From positions 737,979-801,978 of the forward strand of contig CBDFMY010000003.1 in the NCBI GenBank assembly GCA_965249835.1: 64,000 nucleotides of DNA, read 5' to 3'. A program made the position numbers and the translations under genes. This DNA is from Candidatus Poriferihabitaceae bacterium. GTDB lineage: Bacteria; Pseudomonadota; Gammaproteobacteria; Arenicellales; Poriferihabitantaceae. Below are positions 46,378-55,061 of this stretch, piece by piece. The notes below the pieces were generated by a model. It was not told the origin of the DNA and searched no databases. It saw only the letters and a list, made by a program, of their open reading frames with translations. The stretch's first letter is position 1, and each line of letters begins with the position of its first letter.

Positions 46378-47173
46378 CTAATTTTTGCCAAAAACTTCGG
46401 AAAAACATTGTAACTGTTCTGGTTTGCTCTTCCAATCACGCAAAAACCTGCTTTTGTCTTTGCGGTGTTGGCACAAAAACTGGTGCGAGGTTTTCGATGA
46501 AAAATCTTTCACCGAATTAATGTCAATGGCTATTATTCCGTCATCACTTATCAATATATTATCCGCATGGAAATCGCGGTAGTAAATCTGCGCCAGAAAT
46601 AATGTTTCCAGCAGTTTTTTGAACCAGATAATCTCTTGTTTGGTTGGCAGTTGATACTGGTATTTCTCCGCCGCTGTTGGAAAATCATTGAACGCACAAA
46701 CATAATAAGAATCCAAACGAAATGGCCCCCAGCGTTTTTCCACGAAAGCATATGGGGCTGGCGTTGCGATGCCACTAAATAGCAGTAGATGAGCATTTTT
46801 CCAGCAACTGCGTGCTTTGGTTGCACGCAGGCTATGCCGCAATTTGCGGAAAATAGTTTTTGTGTTAGCGTGTTTAATAGCCGCCTTGTAGCGTTTAATC
46901 ACTACCCCCCCCCCCCCCGAATTTCGCGTACACGACCGTGGTCAAACCATCGTCTTTCATCATAACGCCGCCTTCAATCCATGCGTCCGGATTTTGCAAA
47001 AAAGAAATCAGCTCAGCGCAATAATGCGCGCGCACCCACACCGCCACTTGACGCCAACCCTTGTGCGTCTCAATTTCACTGCTATTGCGAAAGCATTGCT
47101 TGAGATAGTAATCTTTATGCTGTCGCCATTTCTTGCTACCGAGCCGTCCGGCGGTTTTTGGTGCGGTGTTCAT
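46378..47173 (-). pseudogene. LPS kinase (Kdo/WaaP/InaA family) paralogue, out of frame at a poly-G tract
   Basis: The N-terminal ORF reads MNTAPK...DDGLTTVVYAKFGGGGGSD* and the C-terminal ORF reads (V)IKRYKAAIKH...YYRDFHADNILI...IDIN. Both halves are homologous to 43968-44770. A tract of 13 or 16 G would restore a protein of about 264 aa. Confidence 0.75.
46905..46918. repeat. Homopolymeric C14 tract (G14 on the coding strand)
   Basis: I counted it directly. It sits at the position equivalent to the C24 tract in the paralogue. Confidence 0.95.
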
Positions 47174-47415
47174 CAATAACCATCCATCTCCCGATACGGT
47201 TCATATCTCCCCGGTCCGAATAAACTCATCGGATACGCCGCGGCGTTGATGAACGACTTGACGCCACGCCAGCGTTGACCGGGCAGGAATATCGCGAACG
47301 GCAACAGGACAACGCCTTTGACAAAATAAAACAACGCGCCGGCCAGGATGTGCGTCGCCGGTTTTGCGTTGTTGATGCGGAACAGATACGTGGCGATGCT
47401 TGCAGAAATCAGCAT
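47173..47415 (-). pseudogene. Orphan 3' fragment of a GT2 glycosyltransferase gene (paralogous to 49511-49740)
   Basis: Its 80-aa translation, ...KPATHILAGALFYFVKGVVLLPFAIF...YPMSLFGPGRYEPYREMDGY, aligns with the C-terminus encoded at 49511-49735. No catalytic N-terminal part is present. Confidence 0.7.
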
Positions 47416-47437
47416 AATTTATTAACAAACTGGAACC

Positions 47438-47902
47438 TTAAGAAATGCAAATTTTCGGCAATGCTTGCTTGTTTTTAATATGATAGATATGTTTCGTTTT
47501 ATTACGCAATGAAATCTTTTCGGTGGTTAATTTTCTGCGCGCTGATGGGCTAACGCCTTTGGAAACCCAAACGGGCATAAAATCGAATGCAGAACAATCA
47601 AGAGCGGGATCGTTATTCAGAAAAGTACAGACAAAAGTGGCACCACCTTGTAATTGTGCTTTTACTTTCGTTACATCAGAGATGTTAGTTTTTCTTTCTA
47701 CCAGATAAATACCAGTGATGTTTTGGTTTATATTGAAAAAGATAAATTCATCACATCGTTTTCCAGTAGCATTTCGCTGCATACGAAAAATACAATCCAC
47801 ACAAAAAACAACAGGTCTTGTTACATTTTTCAGTTGGTATTCTGATGGAGGTTGAATTGCGCAACTTGTATGCCTCGCACAAAATTCCTGCTTAATCATC
47901 AT
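47438..47902 (-). CDS. Hypothetical small protein with a possible PD-(D/E)xK nuclease motif, AT-rich
   Basis: The 154-aa ORF contains ...KRCDEFIFFNINQNITGIYLVERKT..., a D...E-x-K arrangement. Its start overlaps the ATPase stop codon by 8-11 nt. Confidence 0.5.
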   Translation of the reverse strand: MMIKQEFCARHTSCAIQPPSEYQLKNVTRPVVFCVDCIFRMQRNATGKRCDEFIFFNINQNITGIYLVERKTNISDVTKVKAQLQGGATFVCTFLNNDPALDCSAFDFMPVWVSKGVSPSARRKLTTEKISLRNKTKHIYHIKNKQALPKICIS

Positions 47903-49412
47903 TGTTATCCCTTTCGTCTAGCAGGCTAATTGTCCGATTATACAAAGCGGAAGAAACCTCTAAATGGTCTTTGGTTAAAATGCCGGTTTCACGATCAAAC
48001 TGGATTTTCTTGACGGCGGTATTTTTGTACTTGCTTCTTCTTGGCTGATTAAATAAATAAACAGAAATTTTTTCTTTGTTTAGTGTTTGTCCGTTAATTT
48101 CAGTACTCGATAGTTTGGCTTGCTTGTTTTCTTTAGCGTTACGTATATCCGCCGCGAGTATACAATTGCCGATTTGCTCCAATATGTTGTCGCTATGGGT
48201 GGTGATTAATACATGAACACCAGCATTGACCAACTGCACTAGAATATTGGATATTTCCACTTGTGCGGCGGGGTGCAGATGGGCTTCCGGCTCTTCAACA
48301 ATAAATAGATCGTCGCAATTAACATGGTGACGAGCGAATAAAGAAACGGGTGCTAGTTCTGAAACCATGGATGACACGCTCATTAACGGCAAATCATGTT
48401 TTTTTCCATCGCTTTCAAACGCATAGCGGAAATCCGGGTAACGCGTCTCAGACATTTGCACATTTATTTCCCCCCCCATGATTTTTTTCTCTATTCCCTT
48501 GCCAATTTCATCAATTTTCTTCCTCTGTTTTTTTCGATCGTGATTATAAAGAGATTTTCGATAAAATCCATATCTTCTTTGAAATCTTCTATCAGCAATG
48601 GAGACATCCATGTTAATTAATTTTTGCATGAAATCCGATAAAACGCCGTTAAAAAGTGGAATGGGTGGTACTTTGCTTAGCCCTGCCATTGGAGCGCGCT
48701 CAATTAAAGCACTGACAAGGGTGCGGTGACTCTGCATGATACCACCACGGATTGCAGGCAAATAATGAGGAACAGTGTGTGCACTAATCCCTTCTTCTTT
48801 GTCTAATAAAGAAGTAGAAAAGTGCTTGTCTAGTATCTCTGCATAATAGCGCTGTATAATATGCCGATGGAATATGGCTCTTTCATCTGGCTCTTCCTCA
48901 TCAAAACGATCTTTAATAATTCTTAACAAATCGTTGTTTATCAATGTGCGCAGTTCCGATTTTTTTTCATCAGTTAACTTACTATTGTCTGGAGAAGATA
49001 AATCTAAAATAAGTTGGTTTTTGCTGTCAGATATTACGATGGAGATTTTTCCATTTTCGTTCATCATCATCTTTCTTCCCTCTTCACCGAAACAGTAAAC
49101 AAACTGCTCTTTCCAGGAGGCGCTGAAAATGTTTGCCCATAGAAGAAAGCGTTTTTCTATTTCTTTTAATGTGACTTGATTTTTTTGTAAACTGGCTAAA
49201 TCCGATTTCTCCCCCTTATCCATTTCCCTTCGAATTTTATAATGCATGTTCTCCCATATATCGCCGTCATCCCCAAACACTTTGATAATTGAATAAATCA
49301 ATATCGCTAGGTAGGATTTTCCCGTATTACTGGGGCCGACAAAAACAGTCATAGGTTTAACATCCACCTCTGCTTTACGAATCGGCCCGAAATTTTTCAC
49401 AATAAGTTTCAT
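47892..49412 (-). CDS. ABC/OLD-type (AAA_15/AAA_21-like) ATPase, AT-rich
   Basis: I chose the start at MKLIVKNFGPI, after a GGGAGGAAA ribosome-binding site. The Walker A motif is GPSNTGKSY, the Walker B/D-loop is LFIVEEPEAHLHP, and the H-loop is ITTHSD. A long helical insertion lies between them. Confidence 0.75.
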   Translation of the reverse strand: MKLIVKNFGPIRKAEVDVKPMTVFVGPSNTGKSYLAILIYSIIKVFGDDGDIWENMHYKIRREMDKGEKSDLASLQKNQVTLKEIEKRFLLWANIFSASWKEQFVYCFGEEGRKMMMNENGKISIVISDSKNQLILDLSSPDNSKLTDEKKSELRTLINNDLLRIIKDRFDEEEPDERAIFHRHIIQRYYAEILDKHFSTSLLDKEEGISAHTVPHYLPAIRGGIMQSHRTLVSALIERAPMAGLSKVPPIPLFNGVLSDFMQKLINMDVSIADRRFQRRYGFYRKSLYNHDRKKQRKKIDEIGKGIEKKIMGGEINVQMSETRYPDFRYAFESDGKKHDLPLMSVSSMVSELAPVSLFARHHVNCDDLFIVEEPEAHLHPAAQVEISNILVQLVNAGVHVLITTHSDNILEQIGNCILAADIRNAKENKQAKLSSTEINGQTLNKEKISVYLFNQPRRSKYKNTAVKKIQFDRETGILTKDHLEVSSALYNRTISLLDERDNNDD

Positions 49413-49510
49413 TTCATTTCCTCCCGTGTTTGATGCGCTGTAGTATAAATCAGAAAATACGAGAGATGCAATCCACATGGTTTCATGTCATCACCCAGCC
49501 GTCCGCGCCA

Positions 49511-50421
49511 TCAATAACCATCCATCTTCCGATACGGTTCATATCTCCCCGGTCCGAATAAACTCATCGGATACGCCACGCTTTTCAGGAATGATTTTCC
49601 ACAACGCAAACGTTGTTCGATGGAGAAAATAGCAAACGGTAACAATACGACACCTTTGATGAAGTAAAAAACCGCTTCAACCAGAATGTGCGTTGCCGGT
49701 TTTTGTTTTTTGGTTCGGTTGGCGTAAGTAAGCACACGAACACGATTATAGTGACGCCTGAGGGTGAACCACCCCCCCTTGATGATGGCCGCGCGCCTCG
49801 GCCGGTGCGGTGTCGGGATTGGCTATCCACGCATTCGCTTTGCAACGCGGGTCGGCGATGAACTGCGCGCCGGCAGCGATGGCACGCTTGCCAAAATCCG
49901 TGTCTCCGCCGCCGGTTAAGTTAAACAACGGGTCATAGCGAATCTTAAGATTGCGGTAAATGCGCGCCGAGATGATGATGTTTCTGGATGGCAGTGGTGG
50001 GTTCTTTACCGCTTTATATTCGCCGTGCGCAGGACCAACGGCATCACCGCCGGTTTCCCGAATAACCGTGTATAAATCTGTCAACCAGGTCGCGCTCACC
50101 GGTCCCTCATCGTCATCAGTGCTGGCGATGTAGTCGGCGCCGATTTTGATTGCGTAGTCGAACAGATGATTACGAATGTTGCTGTGTCCGCGTTCGGCGC
50201 ACACGCGGTAATTCACTGGAAAAGGCGCATTGCAAGCAAACTCTTCCACGACTTCGCGCGCTTTCATCTTTGTCGTTATCGGCAACGACCATACGCACCT
50301 CGACGTTTTCGGGAAGCGCGCTCTCGCCGATGGATTGCAAACATATCGCCAGCATCCGTGGACGCATACAGGTCGGTATGCCAATCAGTATCAGCGGTTG
50401 CGGTGCTTTGGCGCGATTCAT
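49511..50421 (-). pseudogene. GT2 (GT-A fold) glycosyltransferase with two frame disruptions
   Basis: The N-terminus reads MNRAKAPQPLILIGIPTCMRPRMLAICLQSI...ADNDKDES in frame 1. It continues as AREVVEEF...ASTDDDEGP in frame 2, with the switch near the (CG)n run at 50255-50261. It then continues as W FTLRRHYN...PMSLFGPGRYEPYRKMDGY in frame 3, after the G7 tract at 49772-49778. Confidence 0.65.
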
Positions 50422-51245
50422 TTCGCCGCCCCGAAATACCACCCCAGCGCAAACATGGCAATCGCCACAACCAGCCGCAACAAACGCCCACGATATTTTG
50501 TCCATCGGGTATCATAATTTCGCACATGCTTGCCGAAGCCGGTGTGTTTGACCGCATCGTTTTCCAAAAGCACAGTGAAATAACCCTGCGCGGCGTAGTG
50601 TTCGCTTGCGATCATTTCCATGTCGGCCAGTGATTGTCCCTTTGCCACCAACGATGCATAGCCACCGTCCGGATATTGCGCTCGTCGCCGCAAACCCGGA
50701 TTGAAAGAAAAACACTGGCTATGGGAAAGCGTGGTATTGACTCGGTAATACGCAATGCTTTGCACCGTTTTCCGCTCAGCAAGAACCCAGGCACACGCGC
50801 CATAAAAAGCAAGGTCATGATGATAACTCCGCAAGTGCACCATCAAGGATTGCGGCTCCGCCTCCAGCACTGTTTTGGAGTCTTCGATAAAACCCGGGCG
50901 GTAAAACAACCAGTCGTCTTCGCAGTGAAAAATATAGTCGGTCTTTACTAACCGATACGCTGTATCAATGGCCGAAACCTGGCCAATTTGCGGCTGGTTG
51001 ATAATCAAATCGATTCGCTCACGATATTCTGCCGGAATGATATTGCGAACCTCGTCCTTGCCGGAATCCTCGATTAAAATGAATTGTGAAATGGGATAAG
51101 TGTTGTGTTGAAAAAAACTATGCAATGTTTGTGCAAGCAGATTAAACCGGCCGCAACTGGTCAGAACGACGGTGACATCGCTGGTTTTGGAAAACAGGTT
51201 ATCCATTTGCAGATTGTGCGGAGAAATCAAATAGTGATTGCCCAT
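50418..51245 (-). CDS. Glycosyltransferase (GT-A-like) with a C-terminal membrane anchor
   Basis: The 275-aa ORF contains VTVVLTSCGRFNLLAQTLHSF, LIEDSG and HCEDDW (DxD-like) motifs. Its stop codon overlaps the next start codon (ATGA). Confidence 0.6.
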   Translation of the reverse strand: MGNHYLISPHNLQMDNLFSKTSDVTVVLTSCGRFNLLAQTLHSFFQHNTYPISQFILIEDSGKDEVRNIIPAEYRERIDLIINQPQIGQVSAIDTAYRLVKTDYIFHCEDDWLFYRPGFIEDSKTVLEAEPQSLMVHLRSYHHDLAFYGACAWVLAERKTVQSIAYYRVNTTLSHSQCFSFNPGLRRRAQYPDGGYASLVAKGQSLADMEMIASEHYAAQGYFTVLLENDAVKHTGFGKHVRNYDTRWTKYRGRLLRLVVAIAMFALGWYFGAAK

Positions 51246-51416
51246 TAATTATTATTTGATAATTGGCTTGACAACATTGCGCAAGTTAGCATACATTAGC
51301 GGGTCGCGGTTGGGAGGGCTTTGGTAACAAGGTTCGCTGGGTCCAGGTGGCCCACCCGGCTGCGTTTTTTGCCCTCATTTTGATTGGGCAGCAAATGAAC
51401 TAACCATCTCACTCAA

Positions 51417-52183
51417 ATGTATTTGCTCTATCTCGATGGATCGGGAACAGTCAAAAACCCGAACGAACGCCATTTCATTCTGGCTGGCGTCGCTGTGTTT
51501 GAGCGTCAAGTATATCACCTCATTCGCAAAACCGATGAATTCGTCTCCTCGCTCAACGTAGGGAACCCTCACGATGCGGAGTTGCATGGTAGCGTGATGG
51601 CAAACGGAAAATCCGCTCCATGGAAAGGAATAGCACGACAAAACCGCTTGGAAATTATTGAGCGGGGATTGAACTTGCTATCCACCGCGCATCAAAGCGT
51701 GAGAACATTTGCAGTAGTCGTAGACCATTTGCAGTAGTCGTAGACAAACAAGCCTGCACGCTGGATGACCCCGTTGAATATGCATTCGAGGAAATTAGTA
51801 ACCGTTTCGATTTGTTTCTGAGGCGGTTATACAGGCGAGATGGGAACCAGCAACGCGGATTGGTCATCATGGATGAGTCGCATTATGAAGAGTCGTTACA
51901 AGGGTTGGCCAAGCGTTTTCGCGAAGAGGGCACCCGATGGGGAGTGTTCCCCAATCTTGCCGAAGTCCCATTATTTGTAGACTCCGCCGCTTCACGCTTG
52001 ATTCAACTTGCGGACCTTTTGGCGTGGGCTGTTTGGAGACGTTATGAGCATCATGACACACGCTATTTCGATTCAGTTGTCGGTAGATTCGACAAAGAAG
52101 GTGGCACCATTCACGGTTTGGTACACCGCAAACGCTCCGCAGATGAGTGTCACTGTCCCGCTTGCATGTCCCGAGCAAATTGA
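51417..52183 (+). pseudogene. DUF3800 family protein, disrupted by a 20-bp tandem duplication
   Basis: The N-terminus MYLLYLDGSGTV... is typical of DUF3800. The frame breaks at the duplicated catttgcagtagtcgtagac (51706-51725 and 51726-51745). Removing one copy gives a continuous ...RTFAVVVDKQACTLDDPVEYAFEE... that joins ORF 51812-52183. Confidence 0.7.
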
Positions 52184-52196
52184 ACAACAGTTTTGA

Positions 52197-53147
52197 TTAA
52201 CGTCGCGCAACAGACGAAATCAACGGCAAGTATTTTGTTGTCACCACATGTTCCGCGTCAAAATTGATTCGGGCGTATTCGCGGATGTCTTTTCGCATGG
52301 TCAGCGCGGTGGCGCGGTTTTTGACGATGATGCCACTAACGAATCCACGGTCGTGGATTTTGTCATCCGGCACCACATCAATAAACGGCAATGATGTGTC
52401 CAGATTGTCAGTGGCATTTTGTGAAATTACCAGCCCCAGACCACTCGCCAGAGATTCCATACAAGCAACGTTATGCGCCTCCGCTTCGGTTAGCAACACT
52501 TTGTTGGCGTATTCGGTAAGATTTCGGCAAACCTGTTGTCGCGACCATTCGCCTTGATACGCACCGTCCAGAAAATCCACCGGTTCATTTACTGGGCCGG
52601 CAAAGTCAATGTTCGGCAAATCAGCAATGGCGTATTGCCGTTTGCGTTTGCTGACCACGCCGAGGCAAATGGAGCGGTCGGGGTATTTCGGTTGTTCGGT
52701 GAATGAAAATTCAGCAACCGCCACTCCATTTGGGATTACAGGCAAAAAATCGCGACCGATACCAACCGCCGCATAAAATTCCTTGATTTTTTCGGAAAAA
52801 CAAAGAGTATGTGCGCCTTTTACTTTTGCGCGGCGGTGATATTTGTATTCCTCAAAAGAAACGCCCGGGCTATGATCCGAAAACAGGATATTCGAACAGC
52901 GTATAAAGCGGGCGAGGTTGAAGTATTTGGAAGCATGTATATGCACGACATCGGGGCAACTGGCGTTGATCGCCCGCACGATGTTCCAGCGTTTGGCGAT
53001 GCTACTCCCTTTCATCACATTTACGATGCTGACACGATGCCCATGGTTTGTCAGCATTGTTTGGAGATTCCATATCACCAATTCAATTCCGCCATAGCCT
53101 TGCGGAGGAATGGGATAGACACCCGGGGCAACCATGGTGATTTTCAT
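52197..53147 (-). CDS. GT4-family glycosyltransferase
   Basis: I chose the start at MKITMVAPGVYPIPPQGYGGIELVIWNL. The C-terminal region contains the E..(x7)E-like motif LLTEAEAHNVACMESLASG. Confidence 0.7.
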   Translation of the reverse strand: MKITMVAPGVYPIPPQGYGGIELVIWNLQTMLTNHGHRVSIVNVMKGSSIAKRWNIVRAINASCPDVVHIHASKYFNLARFIRCSNILFSDHSPGVSFEEYKYHRRAKVKGAHTLCFSEKIKEFYAAVGIGRDFLPVIPNGVAVAEFSFTEQPKYPDRSICLGVVSKRKRQYAIADLPNIDFAGPVNEPVDFLDGAYQGEWSRQQVCRNLTEYANKVLLTEAEAHNVACMESLASGLGLVISQNATDNLDTSLPFIDVVPDDKIHDRGFVSGIIVKNRATALTMRKDIREYARINFDAEHVVTTKYLPLISSVARR

Positions 53148-53196
53148 GCGGTTTGCCCGCATTGTTTTGGTAGCCGCTGCAGTTGATGCGCCACTT

Positions 53197-53958
53197 TCAT
53201 CGCGCAACGCCTTTGTCCGGTTTTATGTTCAACGCATACCAATAGGGTTCGAACGCCTGCTCGGCCGCATCCGCAACCATCTTCACAAAAGCGCTGTAAT
53301 TATTTTCAGTGCAGGACAAATCAAGCGCATCATAATATTCAAGGCGTTTTTCAACAGGAATAATCACCGGCGGGAAACCGCCTTTCATCAGTTCAAGATT
53401 CATCAACAACCGAGAAGTTCTGCCATTGCCGTCAATAAATGGATGCACTTTCACAAAATCCGCATGCACCCGCGCCGCTCTTTCGATTGGATGGAGTTCA
53501 AGCGCCGCGCTTTGATACCATTCAATAAATTGCGCCATTTTTACAGGCACTTGTTCGTGCGCCGGCGGGAAATGTCGAGCGCCCCCAATAATGACATTAA
53601 CCGATCGATACACGCCTGCATTTGCATTATCGATTTCTTTTAAAACCATCTGGTGAATGGCTTTTATATCTGTTTCCGTTAATGATTGATTTTCCTTGAC
53701 GATTTTCTCCATCAACGAAATCGCCGCATGGTGGTTGACAACTTCGAGATGCTCGCGCAGGGTCTTGCCGCCAATGGTAATGCCTTCCAATACAACCTTG
53801 GTTTCCATTAAGGTGAGGCTGTTGCCCTCGATGGCATTGGAATGATAGGTCCAGCGCAATGTAAAATCTGTGTGCAGGTTGCCAACCGCCTCGGGCGGAA
53901 GCGGTCGAAAAGAATCCAGTTTCAGTTTCAACTGGTCGAGTTTATTGTACTCAATCAT
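53197..53958 (-). CDS. fic: Fic family protein (class II, with an intramolecular inhibitory motif)
   Basis: The Fic motif is HPFIDGNGRTSR, and the N-terminal SNAIEGN fits (S/T)xxxE(G/N). I chose the start at MIEYNKLDQ, whose ATG overlaps the upstream GT2 stop codon (ATGA). Confidence 0.85.
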   Translation of the reverse strand: MIEYNKLDQLKLKLDSFRPLPPEAVGNLHTDFTLRWTYHSNAIEGNSLTLMETKVVLEGITIGGKTLREHLEVVNHHAAISLMEKIVKENQSLTETDIKAIHQMVLKEIDNANAGVYRSVNVIIGGARHFPPAHEQVPVKMAQFIEWYQSAALELHPIERAARVHADFVKVHPFIDGNGRTSRLLMNLELMKGGFPPVIIPVEKRLEYYDALDLSCTENNYSAFVKMVADAAEQAFEPYWYALNIKPDKGVAR

Positions 53959-55040
53959 TGTTTTAGCGGCGCCGCCAATTGATGCGCCACTTTCATCGCG
54001 TAACGCCATTGCCCGGCGCGAAGCGCGTAAAAAAGCACGCCGCGTAGCACTTTTTTCAATGTTCGTCGGTCGTGTTTGTCGGTGGCAAGGGTAGTCAACC
54101 CGTCAATGATTTGCTCGGCGGCGTGGCTCATTCCGTTGCGTAGCGAGCGTCTGCACCAGTGGCGCGCGCTTTTCATGCAGGCCGCCTTGATTGGATGCGG
54201 CAAGGTTTTGAGCGCAGGAAGCAAGTCGCACGGGGGCGAATCCGCGGCGGTCGCATGATCAATCGGGTCGGCGACACCCTGTCGACGGCAATGCGCCGAC
54301 AACACAGCCGCGCACCAATAGTGCCAGAACAAAACCTGATTTTGGCTCATGTTATTTGCAGACCCTTCGGGGTATTGGCGATATTGACACAGCGGCGGTG
54401 CGTTGAGATGCGCGATGCGGTGTTTTTCCGCCATGCGCAACGAGAGATCAAAGTCCTCCAAAAAACCACGAAACCACGGACGATAAGTTGCGCCCGTGTC
54501 GTCCAGTGATGACATCCGAATCATCGCGGTCTGGTTGACCAGTATCGGGCCGGGCGGCAGTCGCAACAACTCTTCCAGCGGCACCCCTGCTTCCTGCGCG
54601 GGAGTGCGTGCGCGTTGTGTTTTTATGTGCGCACCGGATTCGTCAATCAATTCGCAACGACACGAAACCGCGGCGTATTCGGGATTTTGGGTAAGAAAAA
54701 CAACCTGTTGTTCCAGTCGTCCGGGATGCGCAATGTCATCACCGTCCATAATCGCAATGAAGTCGCCGCGGCATCTGGCGATTGCCGCATTGCGCGCGGC
54801 AGCCGACCCCGCGTTGTCTTGATGGATGATAGTTACGCGAGCATCCCGCTCCGCATATTCCGTTAATATATCGGCGGTGGCATCGGTCGAACCGTCATTC
54901 ACCACGATCAATTCCAGATCGGTAAAACTCTGGTTGAGGATGCTTTCCACGGCGGCGTGCAGGTACGCCTCGGCGTTGTATGCCGCCATGATCACGCTGA
55001 CCGCGGGTTTTGTCACGGGGGCTGTTTGTGCTTCGTTCAA
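53955..55040 (-). CDS. GT2 family glycosyltransferase
   Basis: The 361-aa ORF contains VSVIMAAYNAEAYLHAAVESILNQSFTDLELIVVNDGSTD and IAIMDGDD. Confidence 0.85.
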   Translation of the reverse strand: MNEAQTAPVTKPAVSVIMAAYNAEAYLHAAVESILNQSFTDLELIVVNDGSTDATADILTEYAERDARVTIIHQDNAGSAAARNAAIARCRGDFIAIMDGDDIAHPGRLEQQVVFLTQNPEYAAVSCRCELIDESGAHIKTQRARTPAQEAGVPLEELLRLPPGPILVNQTAMIRMSSLDDTGATYRPWFRGFLEDFDLSLRMAEKHRIAHLNAPPLCQYRQYPEGSANNMSQNQVLFWHYWCAAVLSAHCRRQGVADPIDHATAADSPPCDLLPALKTLPHPIKAACMKSARHWCRRSLRNGMSHAAEQIIDGLTTLATDKHDRRTLKKVLRGVLFYALRAGQWRYAMKVAHQLAAPLKQ

Positions 55041-55061
55041 GAATCTGTTCCCGGCTGGGGC

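Noticed and set aside
51330-51375. A hairpin (ccaggtggcccacccgg) followed by a T-run, as a possible terminator.
   Set aside because: It lies between divergently oriented genes, so no upstream gene reads into it on the plus strand. The stem is imperfect, and its function is unclear.
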